Shown here: piece after piece, positions 45,938 to 60,194 of the stretch
Position numbering within the stretch: position 1 is the stretch's first letter
Layout of the letters: every line of letters starts with the position of its first letter
NCBI GenBank assembly: GCA_039815375.1
Contig: JBCBZJ010000017.1
Span: 1-64,000 of the forward strand
DNA length: 64,000 bases
Direction of reading: 5' to 3'
Source: Verrucomicrobiota bacterium
GTDB taxonomy: Bacteria; Verrucomicrobiota; Verrucomicrobiia; Opitutales; Coraliomargaritaceae
Translations under genes and position numbers: made by a program
The notes under the pieces: generated by a model
The model's input: the letters and a program-made list of their open reading frames with translations, nothing else
What the model was told of the DNA's origin: nothing
Databases searched by the model: none

Positions 45938-46789
45938 CTAATCAAAGACGACAGTCTTGTTATTGTAAACGAGTATACGGTTGTCGAGATGGAGGCGGAT
46001 GGCTTGGGCAAATACGGACTTTTCCAAATCTTTGCCCTTTCGGATGAGATCCGGAATCGCGTTACGGTGATTCACTCGGGTGACGTCTTGGTGGATGATC
46101 GGGCCCTCGTCAAGATCGGCGGTTGCGTAGTGTGCGGTTGCGCCAATCAGTTTTACTCCGCGAGCATGAGCCTGATGGTAGGGCTTGCCTCCCGCGAATG
46201 CCGGAAGGAACGAGTGATGGATATTAATTACCGGGCAACCCACGTTAGACAGGAACGCATCCGACAGCACCTGCATGTAGCGGGCCATGACGACCAGATC
46301 GCAGCCGTGCTCCTTGACGTATTTGATCTGCTCCGCTTCGGCAGCTTGTTTGGTTTCTTTGCTTACTGGAACATGGTAAAAGGGTAGGCCATAGGTGGCG
46401 GCGTCGCCCTTGAGTGATTCGTGGTTTGAAACGACACAGGCCAATTCGCCACACATCTCTCCGGCACGAAAGCGCAGAATCGTGTCGTGAAAGCAATGCT
46501 CGGTCTTGGAAACAAAAAGCGCAACTTTCGGACGATCGCTGGAGAGTGCAACTTTGGTGTTCAGGCCAAGGTCTTCTTTCGCGAATTTCTCAAACGAAGC
46601 AGCTTCATCATGAGTCTCTCCCGAGGGTGACCACTCGATGCGCTGAAAGAAAATGCCAGCGCCTTGATCCTCATGTTGATCTGCGTGGATGATGTTGCTG
46701 CCACGCAGAAATATCCAACTGGAGACCCTCGAAACGAGACCCGGTTGATCCGGCCCATATAAGAGAGCAATGATGGTAGGCGCTTTCAT
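45938..46789 (-). CDS. purU: Formyltetrahydrofolate deformylase
   Basis: ACT domain, ARYMQVLS, INIHHSFLPAF, GATAHY. Confidence 0.96.
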   Translation of the reverse strand: MKAPTIIALLYGPDQPGLVSRVSSWIFLRGSNIIHADQHEDQGAGIFFQRIEWSPSGETHDEAASFEKFAKEDLGLNTKVALSSDRPKVALFVSKTEHCFHDTILRFRAGEMCGELACVVSNHESLKGDAATYGLPFYHVPVSKETKQAAEAEQIKYVKEHGCDLVVMARYMQVLSDAFLSNVGCPVINIHHSFLPAFAGGKPYHQAHARGVKLIGATAHYATADLDEGPIIHQDVTRVNHRNAIPDLIRKGKDLEKSVFAQAIRLHLDNRILVYNNKTVVFD

Positions 46790-46792
46790 CAA

Positions 46793-50029
<3,237 letters not shown>

Positions 50030-50156
50030 AAAATTCCGGTGAGGGTGGATGTTTTAAACGGCCATGCAAGCATGAACACCTTGGTGGCGAGGTAGCTGTT
50101 TTTCGCGTCGCCTTGTCGCACTTCCTAAACCTATTATAGTCTGAAATCTCCAATTT

Positions 50157-51758
50157 ATGTCACGAAGTAAGAAACCTGTTATCATTGTCGCGATCGCCTT
50201 TGGTGCTATTATTTTCCTACCGATCATTCTTCTAATGATTTCGAGAATCGGAGGCGGTGGCGGTACTGTTTCGCCCGGCGTTATAGATTCGCCACCTGTA
50301 GGTAATGCCGAGGTGGTCGATTTCGATCTCAGTCAAATTGCAGAGAAAGCTGAGAAGCTTCTCTCCGAGGATCTCGCAGATGCTCTCCGAAAAGGTGACA
50401 TTTCTTTGGATTTTATGGCTGGCTTGAAGAAAGAGGCGGATAAGGCACGCGAGGATATGCGCGATGGAAAACTACGGCGAGCGAAGGAACGCTACGCTTC
50501 AGTCGTGGATACTGCCGAAGGCGAGTTAGCAACAATTGCTGCAGCTGATCGAGCACGCGCGTTGAAGGACGCAACCTACGAGGAACTTCAGCGTTTGGAC
50601 TTCCTGCGCTCGGCTTTCGAAAACACATATCGCGAAGCAGTTGAAAACTACAACAAAGCGCTACGCGGAATGGAATCGGGTGATTATGTTCAGAGCGTGG
50701 CCGATTTTGAGTTGGCGGGTGCCATCCTCGGGGATCTTGAGGCACGCTCCATACAACAAATCGCAAACTTACTCGAAGCAGCTCAAATTTCTCTCGAGAA
50801 ATATGAGCTCAAGTCGGCTCGGCAGGCCTACGAGGCGGTTCTCGATATTGATACTGCCAACGCTGACGCGACAGAAGGCCTGACAATGATCAGCGCGCTG
50901 GAAGGGATTGCCGAGCAAGTCAAAGCCATCCGTGCCCTTGAGGATGCCGGGCAGCTCGAAGAAGCCCTTGCTGCGCTGGAAAGCCTTTCGGCCGAACAGC
51001 CGAACAATCCATTCATTAGAAATCAGCGCGCTTCGATTGAAGCACGTATTCTCGAGAACGAGTTTAAGGCTTTAGTTGATAGCTCGGTGCAGGCTGAAAC
51101 GGCGGGTGATTTAGAGAAAGCTATTACTGAACTTGAAGCGGCCTTGAAGCTAAAGTCCGACCCGACTCAACAGGCACGCCTTGCCAAACTAGAGGAGCAG
51201 TATAAGGCTGCCCGTCTCGAGATGCTCCTCGCCGACGGCTTTCAGGCGCTCAAGGACGGACGTTACGAAGCGGCTCGCAACCTTTACAAAGAAGCAGTTG
51301 CCCTCAATCCGGAATCCAAGGAAGCACGCACCGGTCTGGAAAAAGCCTCCAGCCTCTACCTTGCGAATATTCGCTACAGTCAGAATATAAAAGGCGCTGA
51401 GCGCTATATCAAAGAAGGGCGCTACCCGCTTGCTGCGAAACTTTTTAACGAGGCCATGACCAGTCGACCTGCCACGATCGTGGCAGCGCAGCTCCAGAAG
51501 GAAAGTCAGATCCGCAGCACGCTTGAAGCTCAAAGCAAGGAAGTCCCGGTAGAAATCACCTCTGATGGGCGCACTTACGTTAGTATCATCGGAGTATTGC
51601 CTCCGAAGCGTCTGAAATCGTCGGACCTTACTCTCTTTCCTGATGTCTATAAAGTTCGAGGGACACGCAAAGGCTATTCCGATGTCGAATTCGACCTGAA
51701 AGTTGATGCGACGCTTGGACGCCAGGCCATCAATGTTCAATGCACACAAAAAATTTAA
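50157..51758 (+). CDS. Membrane-anchored TPR-like helical protein with a C-terminal beta domain
   Basis: N-terminal TM, repeated TPR-like helices, beta-rich C-terminus. Confidence 0.7.
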   Translation: MSRSKKPVIIVAIAFGAIIFLPIILLMISRIGGGGGTVSPGVIDSPPVGNAEVVDFDLSQIAEKAEKLLSEDLADALRKGDISLDFMAGLKKEADKAREDMRDGKLRRAKERYASVVDTAEGELATIAAADRARALKDATYEELQRLDFLRSAFENTYREAVENYNKALRGMESGDYVQSVADFELAGAILGDLEARSIQQIANLLEAAQISLEKYELKSARQAYEAVLDIDTANADATEGLTMISALEGIAEQVKAIRALEDAGQLEEALAALESLSAEQPNNPFIRNQRASIEARILENEFKALVDSSVQAETAGDLEKAITELEAALKLKSDPTQQARLAKLEEQYKAARLEMLLADGFQALKDGRYEAARNLYKEAVALNPESKEARTGLEKASSLYLANIRYSQNIKGAERYIKEGRYPLAAKLFNEAMTSRPATIVAAQLQKESQIRSTLEAQSKEVPVEITSDGRTYVSIIGVLPPKRLKSSDLTLFPDVYKVRGTRKGYSDVEFDLKVDATLGRQAINVQCTQKI

Positions 51759-52423
51759 CCTACGCCGCGTTTATGCTGGTAATTTTACCGGCACTTTCCT
51801 TCTCGGCAACGGACCCGGACATCTTTGATGGTCGTGCCATCCGGCAGCAGGCCGCGAGCAGTGCCGCTTCGCAGGACCAGGGTGGGAGTGAAAATTCCAG
51901 TCAACCCGAAGGCAGTCAGGCTCAGAGCTCCAGCGATACGGCTTCGGAAAGTGCCGGTCGTGATTTTTCTGAAATCGGCCAGGCCGGCGGTGGGCAGCCT
52001 GTTTCTTCGCCCGCAACCGGCGAAGCTGTGAGCGGCAGCGCCTCGTCCAGTGGCCAGGCTCCCATTGCCGATTCTACGCAAGCCTCCGGTTCTCCCTCTG
52101 GAGGCAGTCCAGCCAGCCAACAAGTAAGCGAAGGAAACGAAGCTTCCTCGAGCGCATCAAGTTCCGGTAACGGCGAACCTCGCAACTTTGAGGACATCGG
52201 TACCATTGGCGGTGGTAGCTCTAGCCAAGGCGTCAGCGTGAATTCTTCCAAAGCTTCTCCGATACCACCGAGCACGAGCACGCCCGCATCGACTTCGACT
52301 TCTGCGTCATCGAGCCAGAGCGACCAGACGAATCAAAGTAGTGGTTCTGGTGGCAGCGGCTCACAGCCAACCACTGGCAGCGGCCAGGGTGACTTCGGTA
52401 ACACGCTCCCCTCCGGAATATGA
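51740..52423 (+). CDS. Secreted Ser/Gly-rich disordered protein
   Basis: Signal peptide, low complexity, overlaps both neighbours. Confidence 0.6.
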   Translation: MHTKNLTYAAFMLVILPALSFSATDPDIFDGRAIRQQAASSAASQDQGGSENSSQPEGSQAQSSSDTASESAGRDFSEIGQAGGGQPVSSPATGEAVSGSASSSGQAPIADSTQASGSPSGGSPASQQVSEGNEASSSASSSGNGEPRNFEDIGTIGGGSSSQGVSVNSSKASPIPPSTSTPASTSTSASSSQSDQTNQSSGSGGSGSQPTTGSGQGDFGNTLPSGI

Positions 52424-52893
52424 AAAGTCTCACGTCCATCTTTGTCCTATCCATTTGCCTGACACCTTTTGCTTCTGCCGTTCGTGTGATTGAGGAGGAG
52501 GCGATTCCTTTTACATCCTTTCTTTCAAAGGCAGATTTCGACCTTCGTTATCCAGGCAAAGAAGTATCCGACCTATCGACGATTGATCCCGGTTGGTATG
52601 TGATCTACGAGCACGAATCGATCAGCTACTATTTTGGACCGATTCTCCTGCAGTCGACCGGTGAAGATTATCTCTCTCAACTAGAAGGAACGGTCGAAGC
52701 CGCCGTGGCACAACGGCCCTCGATTCAGGATTACCGCCTGGAGCTCAGTTACGAGCCGAACCAGGTTAACAGCCAGCCTCCGGCTTCCTCAGGCGGCAGC
52801 AGCAGTTCAAATTCATCGGGTGGTTCCGGCTCCCCGCAACCAGCACCGCAATCTGGTATCTGGGGCTTCTTCCGTCGTCTTTTTGGCTTCTAG
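52420..52893 (+). CDS. Secreted hypothetical protein
   Basis: Signal peptide; amphipathic WGFFRRLFGF tail. Confidence 0.7.
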   Translation: MKSLTSIFVLSICLTPFASAVRVIEEEAIPFTSFLSKADFDLRYPGKEVSDLSTIDPGWYVIYEHESISYYFGPILLQSTGEDYLSQLEGTVEAAVAQRPSIQDYRLELSYEPNQVNSQPPASSGGSSSSNSSGGSGSPQPAPQSGIWGFFRRLFGF

Positions 52894-53007
52894 TTCAAGT
52901 AATTCGTTTTTTGCGGTATATCCTGCGAGGTCATTTTTTAGGTCGAAGGTTTTGATTGAATTGTAGGTATCTTTGCCAGATAAGACTGACGCGAAAAACT
53001 GACTACC

Positions 53008-53334
53008 ATGAACCAATCTTTCCTAAGCTCTGAAGGGCGGATCAGCCGCCCAATCTACATTGTTCGAATTGTCCTATTGGCATTGCTTACCGCAGCGATT
53101 TCAAAGGTAGCTATCGATTATTTCAACGAATGGCACAAAGGGCATTACGCACCTCTAGGGATATTTGTGACGATAGTTACTTCCATCATTTGTGGTTTCA
53201 TTGGCATGATGCAGTTGATCAAGCGCCTTCATGACATGGGCAAGGGCCCCTTTCTGGCTGTCCTACTGATTGTCCCCGGCGCTAACGTCCTGCTTCTACT
53301 CTATGCTGCAATTGCACCTGCTGCGAAAGATTAG
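53008..53334 (+). CDS. DUF805 membrane protein
   Basis: EGRISR, KRLHDMG. Confidence 0.85.
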   Translation: MNQSFLSSEGRISRPIYIVRIVLLALLTAAISKVAIDYFNEWHKGHYAPLGIFVTIVTSIICGFIGMMQLIKRLHDMGKGPFLAVLLIVPGANVLLLLYAAIAPAAKD

Positions 53335-53349
53335 TTGTGAGGTAACAAG

Positions 53350-53817
53350 TTAATCGGATTTAGGAACCCAGCGCTCGATCGTGAAGTCGTTATTTTCCTG
53401 AACGACCTCTGCCAGTTCAAATTGATCCTCAAATCTGGGAAAGAAGGTATCACCTTCCACTGTGCGATGCACCCGGGTGATGAATAACTCATCGCAGAAA
53501 TCCAGAGTCTGCCGATAGATCTCTGCGCCACCTGCGATCCAGACTGTTTTTTCAGTTTCGAAGTGTTGAAGCATTTCGAGATCGGTGAAGCTGTGCACTC
53601 CGGGAATGGCTTGAGGTTTCCGGCTGAGCACAAAAGTGTCACGTCCGGGCAAGGGCTTGCCTATACTGTCGTAAGTCTTACGCCCCATCACGAGGATACC
53701 ACCCATCGTCGTCTTTTTGAACCACTTAAAATCCTCGGGCAGGTGCCAGGGGATGTCGCCAGCGTTGCCGATCACACGGTTCTCCGCCATCGCGGCGATC
53801 GCCTTAAAAGCTTTCAT
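53350..53817 (-). CDS. folA: Dihydrofolate reductase
   Basis: [30 protein letters not shown]. Confidence 0.97.
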   Translation of the reverse strand: MKAFKAIAAMAENRVIGNAGDIPWHLPEDFKWFKKTTMGGILVMGRKTYDSIGKPLPGRDTFVLSRKPQAIPGVHSFTDLEMLQHFETEKTVWIAGGAEIYRQTLDFCDELFITRVHRTVEGDTFFPRFEDQFELAEVVQENNDFTIERWVPKSD

Positions 53818-54608
53818 ACCGCGATAGGAGCCTTAATGGCAGGGTGTGGCTCATAGTTGACCAGTTCGAAGTCTTCATACTTGAAGCCATCGATGGTTTT
53901 GACTGCAGGGTTGATCTTCATCTGCGGTTCGCTTCGAGGACTGCGCGAGAGTTGCTCTTTTGCCTGATCAACATGGTTTGCGTAGAGGTGTAGGTCACCG
54001 AAGGTATGGACAAACTCTTTCGGTTTCAGCCCGCAGACTTGCGCCACCATCATGGTGAGTAGTGCATAAGAGGCGATGTTGAAGGGAACGCCGAGGAAGA
54101 TGTCAGCGCTGCGTTGGTAGAGCTGGCAGCTGAGCTCACCGTTGGCCACATAGAATTGGAAGAGGGCATGGCAGGGGGGTAGGGCCATGTGCCTGATTTC
54201 GCCCGGATTCCACGCGCAGACGATGTGGCGGCGGCTGTCCGGGTTGTTCCTGAGGGAGTCAATGACTTCGGTCAGCTGGTCGACTCTTTCACCATCGGGG
54301 GCAGCCCAGTCTCTCCACTGAGCACCATAGACGCGACCGAGGTTGCCCTCCTCGTCAGCCCATTCGTCCCAAATGGAAACTTTATTCTCCTTGAGATAGC
54401 CAATATTGGTATTGCCCTGAATAAACCAAAGTAGCTCATGAATGATCGAACGCAGATGGAGCTTTTTCGTCGTCAGCAGAGGGAAGTTTGGGTCGAGCGA
54501 GAATCGCGTTTGAGCACCAAAGATAGAGTAGGTTCCTGTCCCGGTTCTGTCGTCTCGGTAGGTGCCGTTTTCGAGAACGGTTCGGAGTAGATCAAGGTAG
54601 GTTTTCAT
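53814..54608 (-). CDS. thyA: Thymidylate synthase
   Basis: DRTGTGT, ALPPCH, YQRSAD, PFNIASY. Confidence 0.98.
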   Translation of the reverse strand: MKTYLDLLRTVLENGTYRDDRTGTGTYSIFGAQTRFSLDPNFPLLTTKKLHLRSIIHELLWFIQGNTNIGYLKENKVSIWDEWADEEGNLGRVYGAQWRDWAAPDGERVDQLTEVIDSLRNNPDSRRHIVCAWNPGEIRHMALPPCHALFQFYVANGELSCQLYQRSADIFLGVPFNIASYALLTMMVAQVCGLKPKEFVHTFGDLHLYANHVDQAKEQLSRSPRSEPQMKINPAVKTIDGFKYEDFELVNYEPHPAIKAPIAV

Positions 54609-54779
54609 TCGCTCCAGAGGCTTGGCTGATGCTGGGAGTTGTCAAACTCAAGCAGGGCTGAGCGAGGTATTGAACTTAAAAAAAAAGTAATTTTATGGAA
54701 AGTTCTGGCGAGCTTGGGGTATTACATCTGTAGAACTTACACGAAAATCCCTTAGAAGCCCTGCTTTCAATCCAACCCG

Positions 54780-56360
54780 ATGTTCCGCAATTTGCTCATT
54801 CATTTTCTTTGCTCTGCTTGTCTGGTCTTTTCTGCATCCGCGCAAACGTCGCAACCCGAGACCGAGACCGAGCCAGAGCCAGCCGAAATGATCCGCCTTG
54901 AGGTAGCGCTGGATCGTGCACTCGCGAATAATTTGGGCCTCGCAACGCAGCGCTTTGCCGTGGCTAATGCAGAAGACGATATCGAGGTTCAGGAGGCGGT
55001 TTTCGACGTTGAGCTCTTTGGTAATACGAACTATTCCGAGAGTGTGGCGGCAGCACGAACCAGCGGTTTGGACGATGCCGATATACCAGAGAGCGAAACG
55101 CGGAATGCCAGTATTGGTTTTGATCAGCGCTTGAGCACCGGTGCGACAGTCACAGTGGATTCAGGGCTACGGCGCCGTGAATCGAACAACAACTCGGTTC
55201 GTAATCCAGACTACTTTGGCGATGTCGGTATTTCTGTGAATCAACCTTTACTAAAGGATGCTTGGAAAAAGATAAATCTCGCACCAATTGCGCGGGCTCG
55301 GGTGAGCCGTGACATCTCGCTCTTTGAGCTCCGTTCGGACGTCTTGGATTTGTTGCGTGAGTCTGAGCTGGCCTACTGGGATCTGGCCTATGCGAAAGCG
55401 GACCGTATGTTGATCGCTTCCAGTATCGAGCTTGCGACCAACTTGCTTGAGGAGAACTCGGAGCGTCAAAGACTCGGACTTACGACATCCTTGGAAGTGC
55501 TTCAGGCTGAAAATGAATTGAATGACCGGCAGGAAGATTTGCTACAGGCGGAACGGGAGATTTTCGAAGCGCTGGACGACTTGCTGGATTTGATGGGAGC
55601 CACCTCTTTTTTGCAACCGATAGAAAAAGATCTTGAGGTGGCTGCTTTGCCTCAGCAAATCCCGGTTTTGCGGCCCATTGAAGTGGTGCTTCGTGATGCG
55701 ATCGATACGGATTTGGAAGCAAGTGCTCAGGAGCGAGCTATCGAAGTGCAAAAGATTAATCGTCTTTTAGCGGAGGATGAGATGCGGCCCGATCTTTCCC
55801 TGGTGGCGGGTGTCGCCTACAGTGGGCGCGACACCGCCGGTGACGAGGCTTTCTCAGGTGCGCTTGGGCGTGATGGCCGGGATTGGAATGTCGGTCTTCA
55901 GCTTCGCTTCCCCTGGGGCTTCCGTGAGGCCAAGGCACGACTGAGGCAGGCCGAGCGTGATTTGGAGCGGGAGACCTGGCTGCTCTACGAATTAAAACAG
56001 GACAAAGCCTTGGCCACCCGCACAGCCTGGCGAGCTGTAGACACGAGCTTGCGGCGTATCACTCTGACCCAGAAGTCGCTCGAGCTTAATCAGGAAGCAT
56101 TTGAACAGGAGCGCGCACGCTATGGCTCTGGCTTGGTCGCGTATCGGAATGTTTTGGAAGCGCAGCGAGACTTTGATTCTGCGAGGCGAGATCGACTCTC
56201 TGCTGTAATTGAGACGATGCGAGCTCAGGTGAATCTGAGCCGGATTGATGGGACAATTCTCGACCGAAACGGTTTCACCTGGGAACGACTCGATGAGCTC
56301 GCAACTCCACCCGAGCTTGATCAGCATCCGCTCGCTGAAGACCTTCAATCCGATTCATGA
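54780..56360 (+). CDS. TolC-family outer membrane efflux protein
   Basis: Signal peptide, two OEP-like repeats; first gene of the efflux operon. Confidence 0.9.
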   Translation: MFRNLLIHFLCSACLVFSASAQTSQPETETEPEPAEMIRLEVALDRALANNLGLATQRFAVANAEDDIEVQEAVFDVELFGNTNYSESVAAARTSGLDDADIPESETRNASIGFDQRLSTGATVTVDSGLRRRESNNNSVRNPDYFGDVGISVNQPLLKDAWKKINLAPIARARVSRDISLFELRSDVLDLLRESELAYWDLAYAKADRMLIASSIELATNLLEENSERQRLGLTTSLEVLQAENELNDRQEDLLQAEREIFEALDDLLDLMGATSFLQPIEKDLEVAALPQQIPVLRPIEVVLRDAIDTDLEASAQERAIEVQKINRLLAEDEMRPDLSLVAGVAYSGRDTAGDEAFSGALGRDGRDWNVGLQLRFPWGFREAKARLRQAERDLERETWLLYELKQDKALATRTAWRAVDTSLRRITLTQKSLELNQEAFEQERARYGSGLVAYRNVLEAQRDFDSARRDRLSAVIETMRAQVNLSRIDGTILDRNGFTWERLDELATPPELDQHPLAEDLQSDS

Positions 56361-57445
56361 AAAGATTCTTAATTACAATCATCATTTTAGGTGCTCTTGG
56401 CTTTGGTGGCTATAAGGCCTACGAATTCCTGGATACCAAGCAGCCCGAACAAACTGGACGATTTCGAACCGACACGGCCAAAGTGCGCGATCTCGAATCC
56501 GTCGTCAGTGCTACCGGGGAGGTTCTTCCTCTCCTGAGCAGTATTGTTAAGTCGGAGATTAGTGGTCGTATCCAAACTGTTTTTGCCGGTGAAGGCGATG
56601 AGGTGGCTAGGGACCAGATGCTCCTTGAGCTTGATCCAACCACCCTCAAAACCCGCGTCAGTGAAGCGCAACGCAGCTTGGAGGCAGAGCAGCTGCGGCT
56701 CGAAAAGTCGAAACGTAATTATGAGCGGCTTAAGGAACTCTTTGGGAAAGAGTTTATCGGAGAGCAGGAGTTCCTCGATGCTGAGACGGATTTCGAGCTT
56801 TCGAAGATCAATCTGGATATTGCTCAGGCTAGACTGGAGGAGGCGGAGGAGGATTTGTCGAAAACTGTCATCCGGGCACCACACGAGGGTATTCTTACTT
56901 TGATCGAGGTGGTTGAAGGCGAGGTTATTTCAGGAGCGACATCGGTTTCCAACGGCACCGAACTGATCACTGTGGCCCAACTGCGTGAGCTTTACATGGA
57001 GGCTAATATCAACGAGGTGGATGTAGAGCGCTTGCACCTCGGCCAGCCGGCCCGATTGACCTTTGATGCGATCCCGGACTTTGAGTTGATTGGTGAGATT
57101 GGTGAGATTGCTTTGTCGGCTCGGAGAGATGGAGACGTGCGTATTTTTCCGATCGAAGTGGTTTTCGCGGCTGAAAACACGCAAGTGCGACCTGGGATTA
57201 GTGCGACTGTAGATATTCCAATCGCAGCTGCAGCCCAGGCGATTTCGGTTTTGCTATCGGCCGTCTTTTACGACGACGAAGGTGGCGGCACATACGTTTA
57301 TGTGGAGGATGGAAGTAGTTGGCAAAAGCGCTTTGTAACGGTCGGTATAAACAATCTGCAATACGTCGAGATTCAGGAAGGTCTTGAAGTTGGCGATGTA
57401 GTTGCGCTCAGTCGTCCCGCAAAGTTTCGGATCGGTGATGAATGA
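56357..57445 (+). CDS. MacA-like periplasmic adaptor
   Basis: VSATG, KSEISG, IRAP, INEVD. Confidence 0.9.
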   Translation: MKRFLITIIILGALGFGGYKAYEFLDTKQPEQTGRFRTDTAKVRDLESVVSATGEVLPLLSSIVKSEISGRIQTVFAGEGDEVARDQMLLELDPTTLKTRVSEAQRSLEAEQLRLEKSKRNYERLKELFGKEFIGEQEFLDAETDFELSKINLDIAQARLEEAEEDLSKTVIRAPHEGILTLIEVVEGEVISGATSVSNGTELITVAQLRELYMEANINEVDVERLHLGQPARLTFDAIPDFELIGEIGEIALSARRDGDVRIFPIEVVFAAENTQVRPGISATVDIPIAAAAQAISVLLSAVFYDDEGGGTYVYVEDGSSWQKRFVTVGINNLQYVEIQEGLEVGDVVALSRPAKFRIGDE

Positions 57446-58130
57446 TTCTGAGAGCATTTTTAAGCTGAAGGGCATTCGCCGCACCTATGTGGTCGGCGAC
57501 GAGGAAGTTCATGCCCTGGATGGGATCGATTTACGCATCGATACGAGTGAGTTCATTGCTGTGATTGGGACTTCAGGTTCGGGCAAGTCCACTCTGATGC
57601 ATGTGCTCGGCTTCATGGACACGCCAACTTCTGGAGAGATGCACTTTGAGCGTGAAGACGTTTCCAGTATTGATGGCGGTCGACGAGCTCGATTGCGGTC
57701 CAGTCGGATCGGCTTCGTATTTCAAGCCTTCAATCTGCTTCCGCGTTTGACGGTGGCTGCAAATGTTCAGCTCCCATTGACTTACAACCGTGACAAAGTC
57801 GATGATTCCCGTGGACTTGCGATGACTGCACTGAAGCGAGTCGGTATGGAGCACCGTGCAAACCATACACCGAATCAGCTTTCCGGGGGTGAGCGTCAGC
57901 GGGTCGCGATCGCCCGCGCGTTGATCAACAAGCCGCGCTTGATTCTGGCGGATGAGCCGACGGGAAATCTGGATACGAAAAATAGGGGCCTGATCATGGA
58001 GCTTTTTGCCTCACTTCTCGATGAGGGGATCACGCTGGCATTGGTCACGCACGATGACGAGGTGGCGCAGTTTGCGCAGCGCCGTATCCGTATGCAGGAT
58101 GGGCTGATTGTGGAGGATAGTGCATCATGA
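57438..58130 (+). CDS. ABC transporter ATP-binding protein (LolD/MacB-type)
   Basis: GTSGSGKST, LSGGERQR, LADEPTGNLD. Confidence 0.95.
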   Translation: MNDSESIFKLKGIRRTYVVGDEEVHALDGIDLRIDTSEFIAVIGTSGSGKSTLMHVLGFMDTPTSGEMHFEREDVSSIDGGRRARLRSSRIGFVFQAFNLLPRLTVAANVQLPLTYNRDKVDDSRGLAMTALKRVGMEHRANHTPNQLSGGERQRVAIARALINKPRLILADEPTGNLDTKNRGLIMELFASLLDEGITLALVTHDDEVAQFAQRRIRMQDGLIVEDSAS

Positions 58131-59374
58131 ATCCGATTGCAGATATAGCGACTGGGGCCCGCAATGGCCTACTTGAGATTTGGGCGAACAAGGTTCGTTC
58201 ACTCCTTTCGATGAGCGGGATCGTGCTCGGGGTTGCCGCGCTTGTAGCCATGGTTGGTATTGTTCAAGGTATGCTCCAAAATATGCGTGCTTCTTTTGAG
58301 CGCAGTGGCGGTATTCTCAAAATCGAGGTTCAGGAAGCGGAGGCACCCGAATCGCAACAGCACATTGCAAGCATCTCACCAGGGCTAACTTGGCGCGATA
58401 TCCTTGCCATCGAACGTGCAACTCCTCTGGCAGAATATATTACTCCCATAGTAGACATGAGATGGGAACGTTTCGTTGCCAACGGGAGACGAGAAGGTGG
58501 TTTGCTGCATGGCGTCACACCGGATTTTATTTCGATTCAAAACCGAGAGCTCTCTCACGGACGTTTTATTTCGGAAACCGATATCATCCAGAAGAGTCCT
58601 GTCATTGTTCTGGGCGATCACGTAAAGAGTGATATCTTTCGTGATTTCGATACCGCAGTCGGTCAGCAAGTAAGGGTCAAAGGTGATGTCTATACTGTAG
58701 TCGGCCAGTTGGCCCCTGTTGATAATAGCGGTCTAACCGGTGGACGTCGTTATAATTGGGAGTCGCGCTTGAATTTCATGCCTGCGACTACTGCAATGTC
58801 GCGCTATAAGGGGAGCGATGAGGTGGATAAGATCGAGATTCTTGCGGCGAACATCCAAGAACTGCCGGATTTGATTGCACAGGTCGAAAACACCCTGACG
58901 CAAACGCACCGCAGTATCCGGGACTTTGAGATCGTCACGCAAGAAGAGCAGTTGGCCGAGATGAAGAAACTAGAGAACTCTTTCGTCTATTCGCTTGGTG
59001 GTATCGCCGGTATTTCTCTCCTTGTCGGTGGCATCGGTATAATGAATGTGATGTTGGCTTCGGTTAGCGAACGGATTCGGGAAATCGGTGTCCGTAAGGC
59101 GATTGGCGCGAGAAGCCACGATGTTTTTATCCAGTTCCTGGCCGAGGCGGTAGTGATTAGTATCCTGGGAGGACTTCTTGGTCTTGCTGCCAGCGTGGGC
59201 TTACTTGCGTTCGCCCGTGAGTTCATCCCCGAAGGCAGCGGGATCAATGTTATGCCTCTGGTTGCGATGTTTTACGGCTTCCTCTTCAGCTCCGGGATTG
59301 GTCTCCTTTCAGGCATTTATCCAGCACTGCGGGCATCGCGACTGGACCCCATTGATGCCTTGCGCTACGAGTAA
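58127..59374 (+). CDS. MacB-type ABC permease
   Basis: GGIGIMNVM, ERIREIGVRKAIGA, PIDALRYE. Confidence 0.95.
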   Translation: MNPIADIATGARNGLLEIWANKVRSLLSMSGIVLGVAALVAMVGIVQGMLQNMRASFERSGGILKIEVQEAEAPESQQHIASISPGLTWRDILAIERATPLAEYITPIVDMRWERFVANGRREGGLLHGVTPDFISIQNRELSHGRFISETDIIQKSPVIVLGDHVKSDIFRDFDTAVGQQVRVKGDVYTVVGQLAPVDNSGLTGGRRYNWESRLNFMPATTAMSRYKGSDEVDKIEILAANIQELPDLIAQVENTLTQTHRSIRDFEIVTQEEQLAEMKKLENSFVYSLGGIAGISLLVGGIGIMNVMLASVSERIREIGVRKAIGARSHDVFIQFLAEAVVISILGGLLGLAASVGLLAFAREFIPEGSGINVMPLVAMFYGFLFSSGIGLLSGIYPALRASRLDPIDALRYE

Positions 59375-59391
59375 GATAGTCTCTCTTTCGG

Positions 59392-59754
59392 TCAGAATCG
59401 CACAACCAATTCATTGATTGCTTCGCAGTGATCCAAGCGCTGGATTTTATTCAGGATTTCACGTTTCCTGAACTGGAGCTCAGAGCGGAGCGTTTGATTT
59501 GTCACCGAAATGATAAGTGTTTGGCCATTTTTGATGCGAACCGGATTGCAGCGTCCAGCAATGTTTCCGAATACCTCGCCCCAGTTCTCGACCAAGCTTC
59601 GTTCCGGGCTTGGTTCTTCGAGCTTATATTGCCCCTGAAGAACAACCAGAAGATTGTCCAAAGGCACCGGATCCTTCCTCGAAGAAGAGGTGACGGTTCG
59701 AGGCAGTTCTCGAAAGTCGGCAATAACATCCTCTACATTCTTCGAAAATTTCAT
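59392..59754 (-). CDS. DUF721 / DciA-like protein
   Basis: W.EVFG...PVRI...LIISV...SELQF pattern. Confidence 0.75.
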   Translation of the reverse strand: MKFSKNVEDVIADFRELPRTVTSSSRKDPVPLDNLLVVLQGQYKLEEPSPERSLVENWGEVFGNIAGRCNPVRIKNGQTLIISVTNQTLRSELQFRKREILNKIQRLDHCEAINELVVRF

Positions 59755-59856
59755 TTTTGACCAGAAGTAGGGGGTTCATCCGAGTCTGTCGCTAAATTAA
59801 AGGCTAGCCGGGTAAAATAATACTTAATCTGGTCAATTTTGAACCAGCGATTGGAT

Positions 59857-59872
59857 TGGCACGGCACCTGTT
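59857..59872 (+). promoter_or_regulatory. Possible sigma54 promoter
   Basis: TGGCACGgcacCTGTT: perfect -24 element, deviant -12 (CTGT versus TTGC). Confidence 0.45.
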
Positions 59873-59897
59873 ATACTACTTATTATAGTATAAATCA

Positions 59898-59985
<88 letters not shown>

Positions 59986-60107
59986 CTATAAATACAATAC
60001 ATAAGAGAATCTTATTCTAAGTATAAGTAAAAGTAGATAGTGTAGTTGGTTGAGACTCTGTGCTTGCGGATAAAGATTTTTTACCTTTCTGTCTTATTCA
60101 TCAACAA

Positions 60108-60194
<87 letters not shown>

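Noticed and set aside
53350..54608. thyA-folA as viperin-associated nucleotide genes
   Set aside because: Ordinary housekeeping pair more than 6 kb away on the opposite strand
54855..54884. Hexamer repeats encoding ETETEPEP in the TolC gene
   Set aside because: Short in-frame linker; length changes would not shift the frame
60047..60062. Sigma54-like site before the second RNA copy
   Set aside because: Poor -24 match and spacing inconsistent with copy 1
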